Positions 27,001 to 36,015 of a DNA stretch of 64,000 nt are shown in pieces (the stretch's first letter is position 1; every line of letters begins with the position of its first letter). Below the pieces are notes generated by a model. It was not told where the DNA came from and searched no databases. It saw nothing but the letters and a program-made list of their open reading frames with translations. The position numbers were made by a program, and so were the translations under genes. The DNA is taken from NCBI GenBank assembly GCA_963783305.1, contig CAWAMW010000007.1, positions 288,001-352,000 of the forward strand. The letters run 5' to 3'. The DNA comes from an uncultured Gemmatimonadales bacterium. Its GTDB lineage: Bacteria; Gemmatimonadota; Gemmatimonadetes; Longimicrobiales; RSA9.

Positions 27001-28932
27001 TCAGCCTCCCAGGATGAGCAGGACCAGGACCGCGGCGAGCCCCGCCACGACCAGTCGGTAGTAGTGATGCGCGAGCCCGGTCTGGAGCCGCCGCGCCTGA
27101 GCGCCGCCCCATGCCACCAACCGCGACGCGCTCTCCGGCACCCCGTCGAACAGCGCCTCTCCCGGTCGCTGACCGAGCCACGCCAGCCCCCGTCCCACCG
27201 CCGCCGTCAGCCGCACACCGCCATCGACGATCCGGTCGTCGAAGAGAGCGACGGCCCCGGCCAGGGCGGCGACTCCGGTACGGACCCCACGGACCGCGCC
27301 ATCCACCGCCGCGTCATCCACACGAGCCAGCGCGTGAGCCAGGAGCCGGCCCGGTCGGACCACGCCCTGCCGGGCGAGGGCTGGCAGCCCGAGCCAGTCC
27401 GCCGGTCCCGCGGCCACGTCCCAGCCGAGCCCCGGCCGGCGGCGGGCCACCTCCCACCCCGTGAGCACGCCCAGGGCGACCAGCCCCAGCGACACCGCAA
27501 CCTCCCATGGCCTGAAGGGTGGGATCTCCCCGTCGAGCAGGTGGCCGGCGGCGCCATGGAGGGGGGGGAGCCAGAGGACGCCGAGCGCCACGGTCGCCGC
27601 GGCGAGCAGGTACAGGGGCCAGCGCTCGAGAGAGCGCGGGGACCGGCCGTCTCGGGCGGTGGAGCCGGTCCCGAAGGCCTGGAAGAAGAAGCGGGCCATG
27701 TAGGCGGCCGAGAGGGCGCCGGCCAGCGCCGCCGCCACGGCGACCCAGGGAGCCGCGTGGCCCGCCGTGGTCACCACCGCCTCCTTCGTCCAGGCGGCGC
27801 CGAGGGGCGGGAGCCCGGCGATGGCCCCGGCAACGACGAGCGTCGCCGTCGCGATCCCCGGCAGCACGCGGCGCAGCTCCATGCGCCAGAGCTCGTAGCT
27901 GCCCGCGCACTCGTGGGCGATCCCGGTGGCCAGGAACAGGGGCGCCTTGGCCAGGGCGTGGGCCACCAGGTGCAGCGCGGCCACCGCCGGATAGCCCGCT
28001 CCCACCGCCAGGAACATGAGCCCGTAGTGGGCGGAGGTGGAGCCGGCCAGCAGGCGCTTGGCGTGAGACTGGAGCAGGGCGACGACGCCGGCCATCAGCG
28101 CCGTCGTCAGCCCCACCGCCATGGTCGCCGCCCCGAACCAGGGCGCCGTGTCCAGCACCGTGTGGAGCCGGATCAGCAGGAAGGCGCCGGCCGCCACCAT
28201 GGTCGCCGCGTGCAGCAGCGACGAGACCGTCACCGGGCCCTTCATGGCCACGAACAGCCATGGCGCGAACGGGACCTGTGCCGATTTCGCCGCCGCGGCC
28301 ACCAGCACCCCCGCCACCACGAGATGGAGATGGAGCCCGTCGAGTCCGCCCAGCGCCCCGTACTCCAGGGAGCCGACCCCGGCGAACGCGGCTCCCAGGG
28401 CAAGGAACAGCCCCAGGTCGCCCGCCCGGGTCGTAACGAACACGATGGACCCCGCCCGCGGGTTCTCCCCGTCCCGCCAGTGGTGGGCGATGAGCACCGC
28501 CGAGCACGCGCCGATCAGCTCCCAGCCCAGCAGCAGCGTCAGCAGGTCCGCCGCCCCCGCCACCACCTCCATCGCCGCGACGAAGAAGGCCAGCACCGCC
28601 AGCAGACGCGTCAGCCCCCGGCCCTCCTCGTGGCCCGCGCCGTACGCCAGCACCGGCGCCGCCACTACCGGAACCAGCACCGCGAACAGCGCGGCCACCG
28701 GCGACGTGGCGGGGGCGTAGTCCAGGCTCAGCCCCAGGCTCTCGCTCCACGGCAGACGACCCGTCCACCCGGCCCACGCCGCGAAGGCCGCCACCCCCGC
28801 GGTGAGGGCCATGGCCGCTGCCGCCGTAACCGCCAGTCGTCCCCTCGGCGGCTCGCCGTCCATGCCGTCACGGCCGACGCCGGCCAGCAGGAGCGCCGCG
28901 AGGAGGGGAACGAGAGGGACGAGCCACGCCAT
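27001..28932 (-). CDS. nuoL: NuoL-like antiporter subunit
   Basis: LLGWELIG, AKSAQVPFAPWL..AMKGPVTVSSLLHAATMV, HLVAHALAKA, C-terminal VDG...RRLQTG. Confidence 0.88.
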   Translation of the reverse strand: MAWLVPLVPLLAALLLAGVGRDGMDGEPPRGRLAVTAAAAMALTAGVAAFAAWAGWTGRLPWSESLGLSLDYAPATSPVAALFAVLVPVVAAPVLAYGAGHEEGRGLTRLLAVLAFFVAAMEVVAGAADLLTLLLGWELIGACSAVLIAHHWRDGENPRAGSIVFVTTRAGDLGLFLALGAAFAGVGSLEYGALGGLDGLHLHLVVAGVLVAAAAKSAQVPFAPWLFVAMKGPVTVSSLLHAATMVAAGAFLLIRLHTVLDTAPWFGAATMAVGLTTALMAGVVALLQSHAKRLLAGSTSAHYGLMFLAVGAGYPAVAALHLVAHALAKAPLFLATGIAHECAGSYELWRMELRRVLPGIATATLVVAGAIAGLPPLGAAWTKEAVVTTAGHAAPWVAVAAALAGALSAAYMARFFFQAFGTGSTARDGRSPRSLERWPLYLLAAATVALGVLWLPPLHGAAGHLLDGEIPPFRPWEVAVSLGLVALGVLTGWEVARRRPGLGWDVAAGPADWLGLPALARQGVVRPGRLLAHALARVDDAAVDGAVRGVRTGVAALAGAVALFDDRIVDGGVRLTAAVGRGLAWLGQRPGEALFDGVPESASRLVAWGGAQARRLQTGLAHHYYRLVVAGLAAVLVLLILGG

Positions 28933-28934
28933 GG

Positions 28935-29240
28935 TCAGCCCTCCAGCGTGGTGAGGCCCTCGGTGGTGTCCACCTGCCGGTCCCGGTAGACCGCCACCAC
29001 CAGAGCGAACCCCATGGCCATCTCCAGCGCCATCACCGCCATGATCACGATCGCCAGCAGCTGCCCTTCAGGCGCGAAGCCCGCCGCCAGCGCCCAGAAC
29101 GCCCCCACCGCCAGGATCAGCCCGTTCAGGATCAGCTCGAGGCCCATCATCAGCATCACGAACGACTGCTGCGACAGCGCGCCGTAAACCCCGATTCCCA
29201 CCAGCACGGCCGCCACCAGGAGGAGCGCAGTCAGGGTCAT
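28935..29240 (-). CDS. nuoK: NuoK-like subunit
   Basis: 101 aa, 3 TM; MMGLELILNG and MALEMAMG (both conserved Glu). Confidence 0.88.
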   Translation of the reverse strand: MTLTALLLVAAVLVGIGVYGALSQQSFVMLMMGLELILNGLILAVGAFWALAAGFAPEGQLLAIVIMAVMALEMAMGFALVVAVYRDRQVDTTEGLTTLEG

Positions 29241-29839
29241 CCGTGCCGCCCGTGGTGGTGGCCGCCGCCCTCACTGGGACGCCGACCGGCGGGCTCGCCG
29301 CCCGGCTGGAGGCCCGGGGGCCGCGAGCCTTCATCGGCGCTGCCGTAGCGGCCCCGGCGGCTGGAGAGGATGACGGAGCCGATCATGCCGGCCAGGAGGG
29401 TGACGCCGGCGGACTCGAAGATGAGCATGGAGGCGCCGAGGAGCTCGTGGCCGAGGGTGGCGATGGGGTCGGCGGGGGCCGGTCCGCCCGCGGGGAACTC
29501 GACGAGCAGGGCCACGCTGGCCAGCAGGGCCGCTACGCCGACGCCGGCGGCCAGGGCGGTCCTCGGCTGGTGGACCATGTTCATGGGATTGAGCCCGGCG
29601 GGGTTCATCATGAACATGACCATGAAGAGGGCCATGACCATCATCTCGACGGCCATCATGAAGATCAGGGCGAAGCCCAGGTAGGGGGCGGCCAGGAGCA
29701 GGAGGATGGCCGCTACCGCGATGAAGGAGGTGAGGAGGAAGAAGGAGGCCCGGACCATGGAGTCGGTCCGGAAGACCCGCCAGCCGCTGACGATGGCCAG
29801 GGCGGCGAAGAGCCAGAAGAAGAGGTCGATGGCGCTCAC
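29237..29839 (-). CDS. nuoJ: NuoJ-like subunit, Met-rich, with His-rich tail
   Basis: GTG start; 5 TM; LFMVMFM, LGHELL..LIFESAGVTLLAGMIGSVIL; C-terminus GGGHHHGRHG. Confidence 0.8.
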   Translation of the reverse strand: MSAIDLFFWLFAALAIVSGWRVFRTDSMVRASFFLLTSFIAVAAILLLLAAPYLGFALIFMMAVEMMVMALFMVMFMMNPAGLNPMNMVHQPRTALAAGVGVAALLASVALLVEFPAGGPAPADPIATLGHELLGASMLIFESAGVTLLAGMIGSVILSSRRGRYGSADEGSRPPGLQPGGEPAGRRPSEGGGHHHGRHG

Positions 29840-30765
29840 AGCAGCACCGCCACCCCGGCGGCCGCCAGCGCCAGGAACGAGAGGGGGAGCAGGCCGACCC
29901 AGACCAGCGTCACCACGCGCTCGGTGGCGATCCGCGCCCCCAGGCGACCCAGGAGCGCCAGGAGCGCCAGCAGCGCCACCGTCTTCAGCGCCAGCCAGAT
30001 GGGCCCCGGCAGCCACGGCCCGAGCCAGCCGCCCAGGTAGACCGTCGCCGCCACGGCCGCAAAGGCCACCAGCATGGCTCGCCGAGCCAGCTCCCACACC
30101 AGTCGCGACGGGCCCGACACCTCGGCGGCGGTGCCTCCGGCCAGGTCCCGGGAGTCGGCGAAGTCCAGCGGCCCCCAGAAGGCCACGCCCAGCCCCACGA
30201 ACAGGAAGAGTGGGAGCCCCAGCGGCTGCCGGACCACGTTCCACAGCCCGCGCTGGGACTCCACGATGGCGGACAGCCGGAGCGACTCGGCCGGGAGGGC
30301 CGCGGCAATGAGGACGAACATGCTGACCAGCATGTAGGCCAGCCCGAGGGCCACGTAGCGGTAGCCCCCGATCAGGGGGAGCGGCGCGTTCGCCGACCAC
30401 CCATGGAGGAAGATCGCCACCACCGCCAGAGACTCCACCGCCCCCCATAGCACAATACCCGCGGCCACGTCTCCCGGCGCCGAGGCGGCCGACCACGGCA
30501 CGACTCCCAGCCCCACCGCCGCCAACCCCAGGTAGAGAGCCGGGGCCAGCACCCACGCCGGTCCGTCCGGCCGCTCCGTGTGGCTCCGCTGCTGAACCAG
30601 CGTCAGCGCCGCTCGCCGTGCCGGCCCCAGCGGATCCAGCCGCGGCCGCCGCCTCGCCACCACCGCACCCGCCACACCGTCCATCAGTGTGAACAGCCAC
30701 ACCCCCGCAAGCAGGGCGACGCCCACCACCGCCAGGGCCAGGAGCGGAGACACGGGCGCCGGCAT
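29836..30765 (-). CDS. nuoH: NuoH-like subunit (divergent)
   Basis: LAPAL, GWSAN..LIGGYR, LSAIVESQ..WNVVRQPLG, PLDF..LAGGTAAEVSG, VYLGGW, WLALKT. Confidence 0.8.
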   Translation of the reverse strand: MPAPVSPLLALAVVGVALLAGVWLFTLMDGVAGAVVARRRPRLDPLGPARRAALTLVQQRSHTERPDGPAWVLAPALYLGLAAVGLGVVPWSAASAPGDVAAGIVLWGAVESLAVVAIFLHGWSANAPLPLIGGYRYVALGLAYMLVSMFVLIAAALPAESLRLSAIVESQRGLWNVVRQPLGLPLFLFVGLGVAFWGPLDFADSRDLAGGTAAEVSGPSRLVWELARRAMLVAFAAVAATVYLGGWLGPWLPGPIWLALKTVALLALLALLGRLGARIATERVVTLVWVGLLPLSFLALAAAGVAVLL

Positions 30766-31898
30766 CAGGGGGTCTCCTCGAACCCGGCTGGGGCGCCACC
30801 GGCGGGGGCGTACGTCCGGGCGTTCAGCAGCAGAACCGCCTCTCCCCACTCCAGCCCCGGCAGCCGGTCGGCCAACGCAGCGGCGTCGCCCCGGGGCACA
30901 TCGAAGGCCGCCGCTTCCGACGTCCCGCCGCCGCCGCCCGCACCGCGCCTCGCGGTCACCACCCCCTCCCGAGCCGACGCCAGTCCCTCCCGCAGCAGCC
31001 CCCGCACGTCCTCCCCCGCCACCCGCGCCGGGAGCGCCGCCAGCGTCCCGCCCCGGCGCGTCCACCGTTCCAGCCGACGCACTTCGCCTGGCGCGACTCT
31101 TCGTGCGAGGGCGAGGGACAGGGCCCGGTCCCCCAGCGCCGTCGCCCCCGCGACCCGGAGAAGCCGCGCCGACCAGCGCAGGAGCCGACGCGCCCTCTCC
31201 ACGTCGCCGTCACGCGTTGCCCCGGGCCGGAAGGCGTCCTCGGGGAAGGGCGGCTCCAGCACCTCCGCCTCCTGGATGACGTCCCCCTGGAGCGCGAGGC
31301 GCAGCACCAGGCCTGGTGGGAAGGGCGGGAAGAACGGGCCGACGGTGAGCTCGAGGCGGTCGAGGGCGAGGCCGTCGCGGCCGTCGTCGTCGGTCATGGC
31401 CATGGGGCGGCCGTACGGCACGCCGCCCATCATCCCCTCCCCGCCCTGGCCGTGGTCGCCGCGTCCGCGCCACGGGTGGGGCGGACGATCCGGCCGGCGG
31501 TGCCCCTCCGATTCCCGCTCTCCGAGAACCAGCGACCGGTGCAGGGAGCGCAGCGCCGGGACGGGATCCGCCTCCGTCGGCACCCGGTCCGGCGCCGACC
31601 CCCCCTTCGGCGCTATCCCCCCCTGCAGCCCCGGAAGCGGCGCGTCCGCGCCCCAGCGGAGCGTCGTCCGGGGGTGGGGCACCTGGTCGTGGACGCGGTC
31701 CAGCGCTTCCTGGAACCGGAGCGGAATGGCGCCGGCGACCAGCAGCACCGTGGCGTGGCGGGGCGAGTCCACCAGCCGGATCCCCGGGCGGAGCCGGAGC
31801 GCCTCGACCCGCTCCCGGGCGCCCGCGCCCACGGCCGCGAAGACGGGAGCGGGCGCAGATGCGGCCAGCCGACCGGCCACCCGCCGGAGCCCCGTCAC
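30765..31898 (-). CDS. Degenerate NuoB-like/NuoD-like fusion without cysteines
   Basis: SPRHATVLLVAG..RVHDQVPHPR resembles NuoB SPRQADVMIVAG..RVYDQMPEPK; LTVGPFFPPFPPGLVLRLALQGDVI resembles NuoD LNxGPxHP..HGVLRLxLxLDGE; zero Cys; start (GTG) uncertain. Confidence 0.65.
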   Translation of the reverse strand: MTGLRRVAGRLAASAPAPVFAAVGAGARERVEALRLRPGIRLVDSPRHATVLLVAGAIPLRFQEALDRVHDQVPHPRTTLRWGADAPLPGLQGGIAPKGGSAPDRVPTEADPVPALRSLHRSLVLGERESEGHRRPDRPPHPWRGRGDHGQGGEGMMGGVPYGRPMAMTDDDGRDGLALDRLELTVGPFFPPFPPGLVLRLALQGDVIQEAEVLEPPFPEDAFRPGATRDGDVERARRLLRWSARLLRVAGATALGDRALSLALARRVAPGEVRRLERWTRRGGTLAALPARVAGEDVRGLLREGLASAREGVVTARRGAGGGGGTSEAAAFDVPRGDAAALADRLPGLEWGEAVLLLNARTYAPAGGAPAGFEETP

Positions 31899-32248
31899 TG
31901 CCACCGGAAAATCCCCTCGCGCCACCCGTAGACGATTCCCACCGACAGGATGGCCAGGAACATCCCCATCTCCATCAGCGCCTTCATCCCCTCCTGGACG
32001 TACACTACCGCCCAGGGGTACATGAACATCATCTCCATCTCGAAAGCGATGAAGAGGAGGGTCATGGAGTAGTAGCGGACGTGGTAGCGGCTCCAGGCGT
32101 GGGTCGCCGGCTCGCCACCACCGAGGAAAGGCGCGGCCTGCGGGTCGGTCCGCGGTCGGCGGTCGAGCCGGTCGAGCACCACCTGCACGGCCACGGCGAG
32201 AGCCATGGGCGTCACGAAAAGCACGAGCAGTGCGGCCAGGGTAGTCAT
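31895..32248 (-). CDS. nuoA: NuoA-like subunit
   Basis: 3 TM; YHVRYYSMTLLFIAFEMEMMFMYPWAV, YGWREGIFRW. Confidence 0.88.
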   Translation of the reverse strand: MTTLAALLVLFVTPMALAVAVQVVLDRLDRRPRTDPQAAPFLGGGEPATHAWSRYHVRYYSMTLLFIAFEMEMMFMYPWAVVYVQEGMKALMEMGMFLAILSVGIVYGWREGIFRWQ

Positions 32249-32413
32249 GACGCGGTCCGGCCCCGCAGAACCCACGCCAGCATCACGGACAAGGACGGAA
32301 CCCGGCCGTCGGCGAGCACCCTGCCCGTGGCCGTCGTGGCGAGCCCCCTTCCGGGGTCTTTACTCAGATCGCGTCATACGACTCCGCGGCTCCGCCCGGC
32401 CGGGCGAAAACGC

Positions 32414-32545
32414 CCGGAACGCCGCACGGTACCGCTCGAGCTCCACGCCGATTCGCGCGCCCGGATCTCCTCGTGGTGCGCGCCCAGCGCCCAGTACTCG
32501 AGGAACAGCCGCGTATGCTCCGGCTGGTGCGACTGCCGCGTCTGC
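32414..32545 (-). pseudogene. TetR paralog remnant (C-terminal fragment, frameshifted, HTH deleted)
   Basis: HQPEHTRLFLEYWALGAHHEEIR plus, in another frame, ELERYRAAFR; about 65/70 nt identical to 3337-3406 of the intact TetR. Confidence 0.85.
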
Positions 32546-32590
32546 GCCGCTTCGGTCCCGCTGGACGTGCGGTGGGACGTGCGCCCTCTA

Positions 32591-32638
32591 TTGACCAATT
32601 GGAAAGTAAGTACTATGTTGAACTTTCCGAGTGGTCAA
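32591..32638. promoter_or_regulatory. Second copy of TetR-type operator with sigma70 promoter facing cheBR
   Basis: TTGACCAATTGGAAAGT-N14-ACTTTCCGAGTGGTCAA; plus strand TTGACC-N17-TATGTT. Confidence 0.75.
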
Positions 32639-32712
32639 TAGGCCAGCACCGACCGCTCATCACCACTGGCGATCCGCGCCGGTCGGCTCCTCCCTCTCTG
32701 AAGGGATCGCAC

Positions 32713-35700
32713 ATGAGGACCTCACGAGTGTCGCAGGACGCTTCGGTTGTTGGAGGCCGGGGGGCGACCTGGAGGCGGCCATCGCTGGTGGTGGGGATCG
32801 GGGCATCGGCGGGGGGTCTGAAGGCGCTGCAGCAGTTCGTGGAGGCGGTGCCGGCGGACAGCGGGCTGGCGTTCGTGGTGATCCTGCACCTGGATCCGAC
32901 GCGGGAGAGCCGGATGGCGGAGCTGCTCCAGGACCGGGCGGCGATCCCGGTGACGCAGGTGGTGGGGCCGACGAGGGTGGCCGCGGATCACATCTACATC
33001 ATTCCGCCGGGCCATGATCTGGCGATGATCGGGGACAGCGTGGTGCTGCGGGATCGCGGGGAGCGAGCGGATCACGCGCCGGTGGATCTCTTCTTCCGCA
33101 CGCTGGCGGAGGCGTTCGGCGCGGACGCGGTGGGGGTGGTGCTGTCGGGCACCGGCGGCGATGGAACGGCTGGAGTCCGCTACATCCGTGGTGCGGGCGG
33201 GATCACGGTGGCGCAGTCGCCGGAAGACGCCGAATACGATGCCATGCCGGTGAGTGCCATTGCTACGGGTCTGATCGACCTGGTGCTGCCGTGCGGGGGC
33301 ATGACGGGGGAGCTGATCCGCCTGAGCCGGAAGCAGTCGGGCGTTGGGAACGAGGCGTCGGGATCCCCGGAGACGGCGAGTGAGACGGACGCGGGGCTGG
33401 CGGCGATCTTCGCGGCGTTGAGGAGCCGCACGGGGCACGATTTCAGCCTGTACAAGCGATCAATGGTGCTGCGGCGCCTGGACCGGCGGCTTCGTTTCAA
33501 CAACGTGGACGCCCTGGCGGACTACGTTCCGCTGCTGGAATCGGATGCGCGGGAGGGTCAGGCGCTGCTGGGTGACTTCCTCATCTCGGTGAGCAGCTTC
33601 TTCCGTGACGGCGAGGAGTTCGAGGCGCTGGCCCGCCTGGTGCCCGCGCTGTTCGTGGGCAAGGAGCCGGGCGAGACCGTGCGGGTCTGGGTGGTGGGGT
33701 GCGCGACGGGGGAGGAAGTCTATTCGGTGGCGATGGTGCTGGCGGAGCATGCGGCGACGCTCCTCGATCCGCCGGAGCTTCAGATCTTTGCCACCGACAT
33801 CGACGAGAAGGGGTACGGGTGGGCCCGAGCGGGGCTCTACACGGCCGCGGCCGTGGCGAACGTGGAGCCCGAGCGGCTGCAGAAGTTCTTCACGAAGGAG
33901 CCGGGTGGGTACAGGATCGCAAAGTCGCTGCGGGAGCGGGTCCTTTTCGCGGGTCACAACGTCCTCCACGATCCGCCTTTCTCGCGCATCGACCTGATCA
34001 CCTGCCGGAACCTCTTCATATATCTGAGGCCGGAGGCGCAGGAGCGCGTGCTGGAGACGTTCCATTTCGCGTTGCGGCCTGGGGGGATGTTGTTTCTGGG
34101 CACGTCGGAGTCGGCGGCGGACTCGGGGTTGTTCGACAAGACCGATGGCGGCGCGAACCGGATCTACCTGCGGGGTGCCGCACCGAGGCGAGCGCCTCCG
34201 CGTGTTTCGGCGGCGGACCCGCAGCGGACCGGGGGGAGCCCGGTGACCTCGCCGGGGGGTGCGAAGGCGACGGGCGCGTCAGGGGAGCGGTTCTCGTATG
34301 GCGCGCTGCACCTCCGCATGCTGGAGGAGTATGCCCCGGCCAGCGTGATCGTCGACGAGCGGTTGAACGTGGTGCACCTGTCCGCGGGTGCCGGGCGGTT
34401 CCTCCACCTGCGGGCGGGGGAGCCGAGCCACAGCCTCCTGGGACTGGCTCGAGAGGATCTGCGGCGCGTCCTGCGCACGGCGCTGCACAGGGTCTTCAGG
34501 GACAGGGTGCCGATCACACGGCGGATCCAGATGGAGGTGGACGGAGCCCGGCGGCCGGTGACGGTGCGCATTCGTCCTTCTCCCGAGGACGGTGCAGCAG
34601 GCCGCTTCGCGCTGATCGTGTTCGAGGCCCACATCGGGTCGGTCGCCGCCCCGGTCAACGAGGCGGAGGGCGAGCCGGATCCGGCCGAGATCGAGTTGGA
34701 GGACGAGCTCCGGGTGATGCGGGATCTGCTGGAGTCGAGCAACCTGGAGCATGACCGGACGATGTCGGAGCTGCAGACGGTCAATGAAGAGATGCAGTCG
34801 GTGAACGAGGAGCAAAGGGCGGCGACCGAAGAGCTCGAGACCGGCCGGGAGGAGATCCAGTCCATCAATGAAGAACTGACCACGATCAACCAGGAACACC
34901 AGAGCACCATCGAGGAGCTGAAGCGGACGAACGCGGACCTTCAGAACCTGATCGAGTCGACCGAGATCGGTACGATCTTCCTGGACCGTTCGCTGCGCAT
35001 CCGGCGCTTCACTCCCATGGCGGCCGCACTCTTCAACTTCGTCGACGCGGACAGGGGTCGATCGCTCTCCGACATCACGCATCGCCTGCGCTACCATTCC
35101 CTGCAGAGCGATGTATCCGACGTGCTCGAGTCGCTGGATCCCATCGAGCGGGAGATGCAGAGTGAAACGGGGGACCCCTATATCGTCCGCATCAGGCCGT
35201 ACCGCTCCATGGACGGGGATTACGACGGCGTGGTCCTTACGTTTTTCGACAATACGGCGCAGCACGACGCGCGGGAGCGGCTGCGGAAGGCGACGCGAGT
35301 GGCCGAGGCGGCCAATATCGCGAAGGGGACCTTCCTGGCCACGATGTCCCATGAGTTCCGCACGCCGCTGAACGCCATCCTTGGCTACGCGGACCTGCTC
35401 CAGAGCCTCGGTCCCCTGAGCCAGGATCAGGAGATGAAGGTCGGCAGGATCAAGGCGGGGGCGTGGCATCTGGCGGCCATGATCGACGATATCCTGAGCT
35501 TCGCGAAGCTGGACGGAGGGTACGAGGAGGTGCACCCGGAGCCCATGGACGCGCGGCTGATCGCGCGGGAGGCCGGGGCGCTGGTGGAGCCGGCGGCGAC
35601 TGCGAAATCGCTGGCCTTCGTCGTGGACGTGCCCGACGAACCGCTGGAGCTGACCACGGACGTGGACAAGGCGCGACAGATCCTGGTCAACCTGTGTGGC

Positions 35701-36015
35701 AACGCGGTGAAGTATACGGATGAGGGCGAGATCCGGCTGGAGGTGCGGGCCGAAACGGGTGGCACGGCCGGCGCGCGCGGGGTGGACGGGGTGGCTTTCG
35801 TCGTACGCGATACGGGGGTGGGCATCGCGCCGGAGCATCATGAGCGGATCTTCGAGCGGTTCTGGCAGGTGGACGGCGCCTCCCCCCGGGCGGCGGGCGG
35901 CCTGGGGATCGGCCTCGCCGCGGCCCGGGAGTACGCCCGGCTGCTGGGGGGGGATGTGAGCGTGGAGAGCGTGCCAGGCGGGGGCAGCACCTTCCGGCTC
36001 TGGCTGCGCCGATGA
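32713..36015 (+). CDS. CheB methylesterase-CheR methyltransferase-PAS-histidine kinase fusion
   Basis: GIGASAGG/ILHLDP/LSGTGGDG (CheB S-H-D); GCATGEE, IFATDID, ITCRNL (CheR); coiled coil ELQTVNEE; SHEFRTPL, NAVKYT, DTGVGI, GLGIGL. Confidence 0.92.
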   Translation: MRTSRVSQDASVVGGRGATWRRPSLVVGIGASAGGLKALQQFVEAVPADSGLAFVVILHLDPTRESRMAELLQDRAAIPVTQVVGPTRVAADHIYIIPPGHDLAMIGDSVVLRDRGERADHAPVDLFFRTLAEAFGADAVGVVLSGTGGDGTAGVRYIRGAGGITVAQSPEDAEYDAMPVSAIATGLIDLVLPCGGMTGELIRLSRKQSGVGNEASGSPETASETDAGLAAIFAALRSRTGHDFSLYKRSMVLRRLDRRLRFNNVDALADYVPLLESDAREGQALLGDFLISVSSFFRDGEEFEALARLVPALFVGKEPGETVRVWVVGCATGEEVYSVAMVLAEHAATLLDPPELQIFATDIDEKGYGWARAGLYTAAAVANVEPERLQKFFTKEPGGYRIAKSLRERVLFAGHNVLHDPPFSRIDLITCRNLFIYLRPEAQERVLETFHFALRPGGMLFLGTSESAADSGLFDKTDGGANRIYLRGAAPRRAPPRVSAADPQRTGGSPVTSPGGAKATGASGERFSYGALHLRMLEEYAPASVIVDERLNVVHLSAGAGRFLHLRAGEPSHSLLGLAREDLRRVLRTALHRVFRDRVPITRRIQMEVDGARRPVTVRIRPSPEDGAAGRFALIVFEAHIGSVAAPVNEAEGEPDPAEIELEDELRVMRDLLESSNLEHDRTMSELQTVNEEMQSVNEEQRAATEELETGREEIQSINEELTTINQEHQSTIEELKRTNADLQNLIESTEIGTIFLDRSLRIRRFTPMAAALFNFVDADRGRSLSDITHRLRYHSLQSDVSDVLESLDPIEREMQSETGDPYIVRIRPYRSMDGDYDGVVLTFFDNTAQHDARERLRKATRVAEAANIAKGTFLATMSHEFRTPLNAILGYADLLQSLGPLSQDQEMKVGRIKAGAWHLAAMIDDILSFAKLDGGYEEVHPEPMDARLIAREAGALVEPAATAKSLAFVVDVPDEPLELTTDVDKARQILVNLCGNAVKYTDEGEIRLEVRAETGGTAGARGVDGVAFVVRDTGVGIAPEHHERIFERFWQVDGASPRAAGGLGIGLAAAREYARLLGGDVSVESVPGGGSTFRLWLRR

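Noticed and set aside
25966..28989. 1007-aa plus-strand ORF and other long alternate-frame ORFs (e.g. 11482-13509, 58587-60452, 6568-8580)
   Set aside because: Antisense or shifted shadows of well-supported genes; expected in high-GC DNA; Arg/Pro/Gly-biased with no recognisable motifs.
24074..32248. Canonical NADH dehydrogenase I or Mrp antiporter
   Set aside because: No nuoC/E/F/G/I and no Fe-S cysteines; NuoA and NuoH are present and MrpE/F/G are not recognised.
32713..36015. Chemotaxis gene cluster
   Set aside because: No cheA/W/Y or MCP genes; this is the stand-alone CheBR-kinase fusion type.
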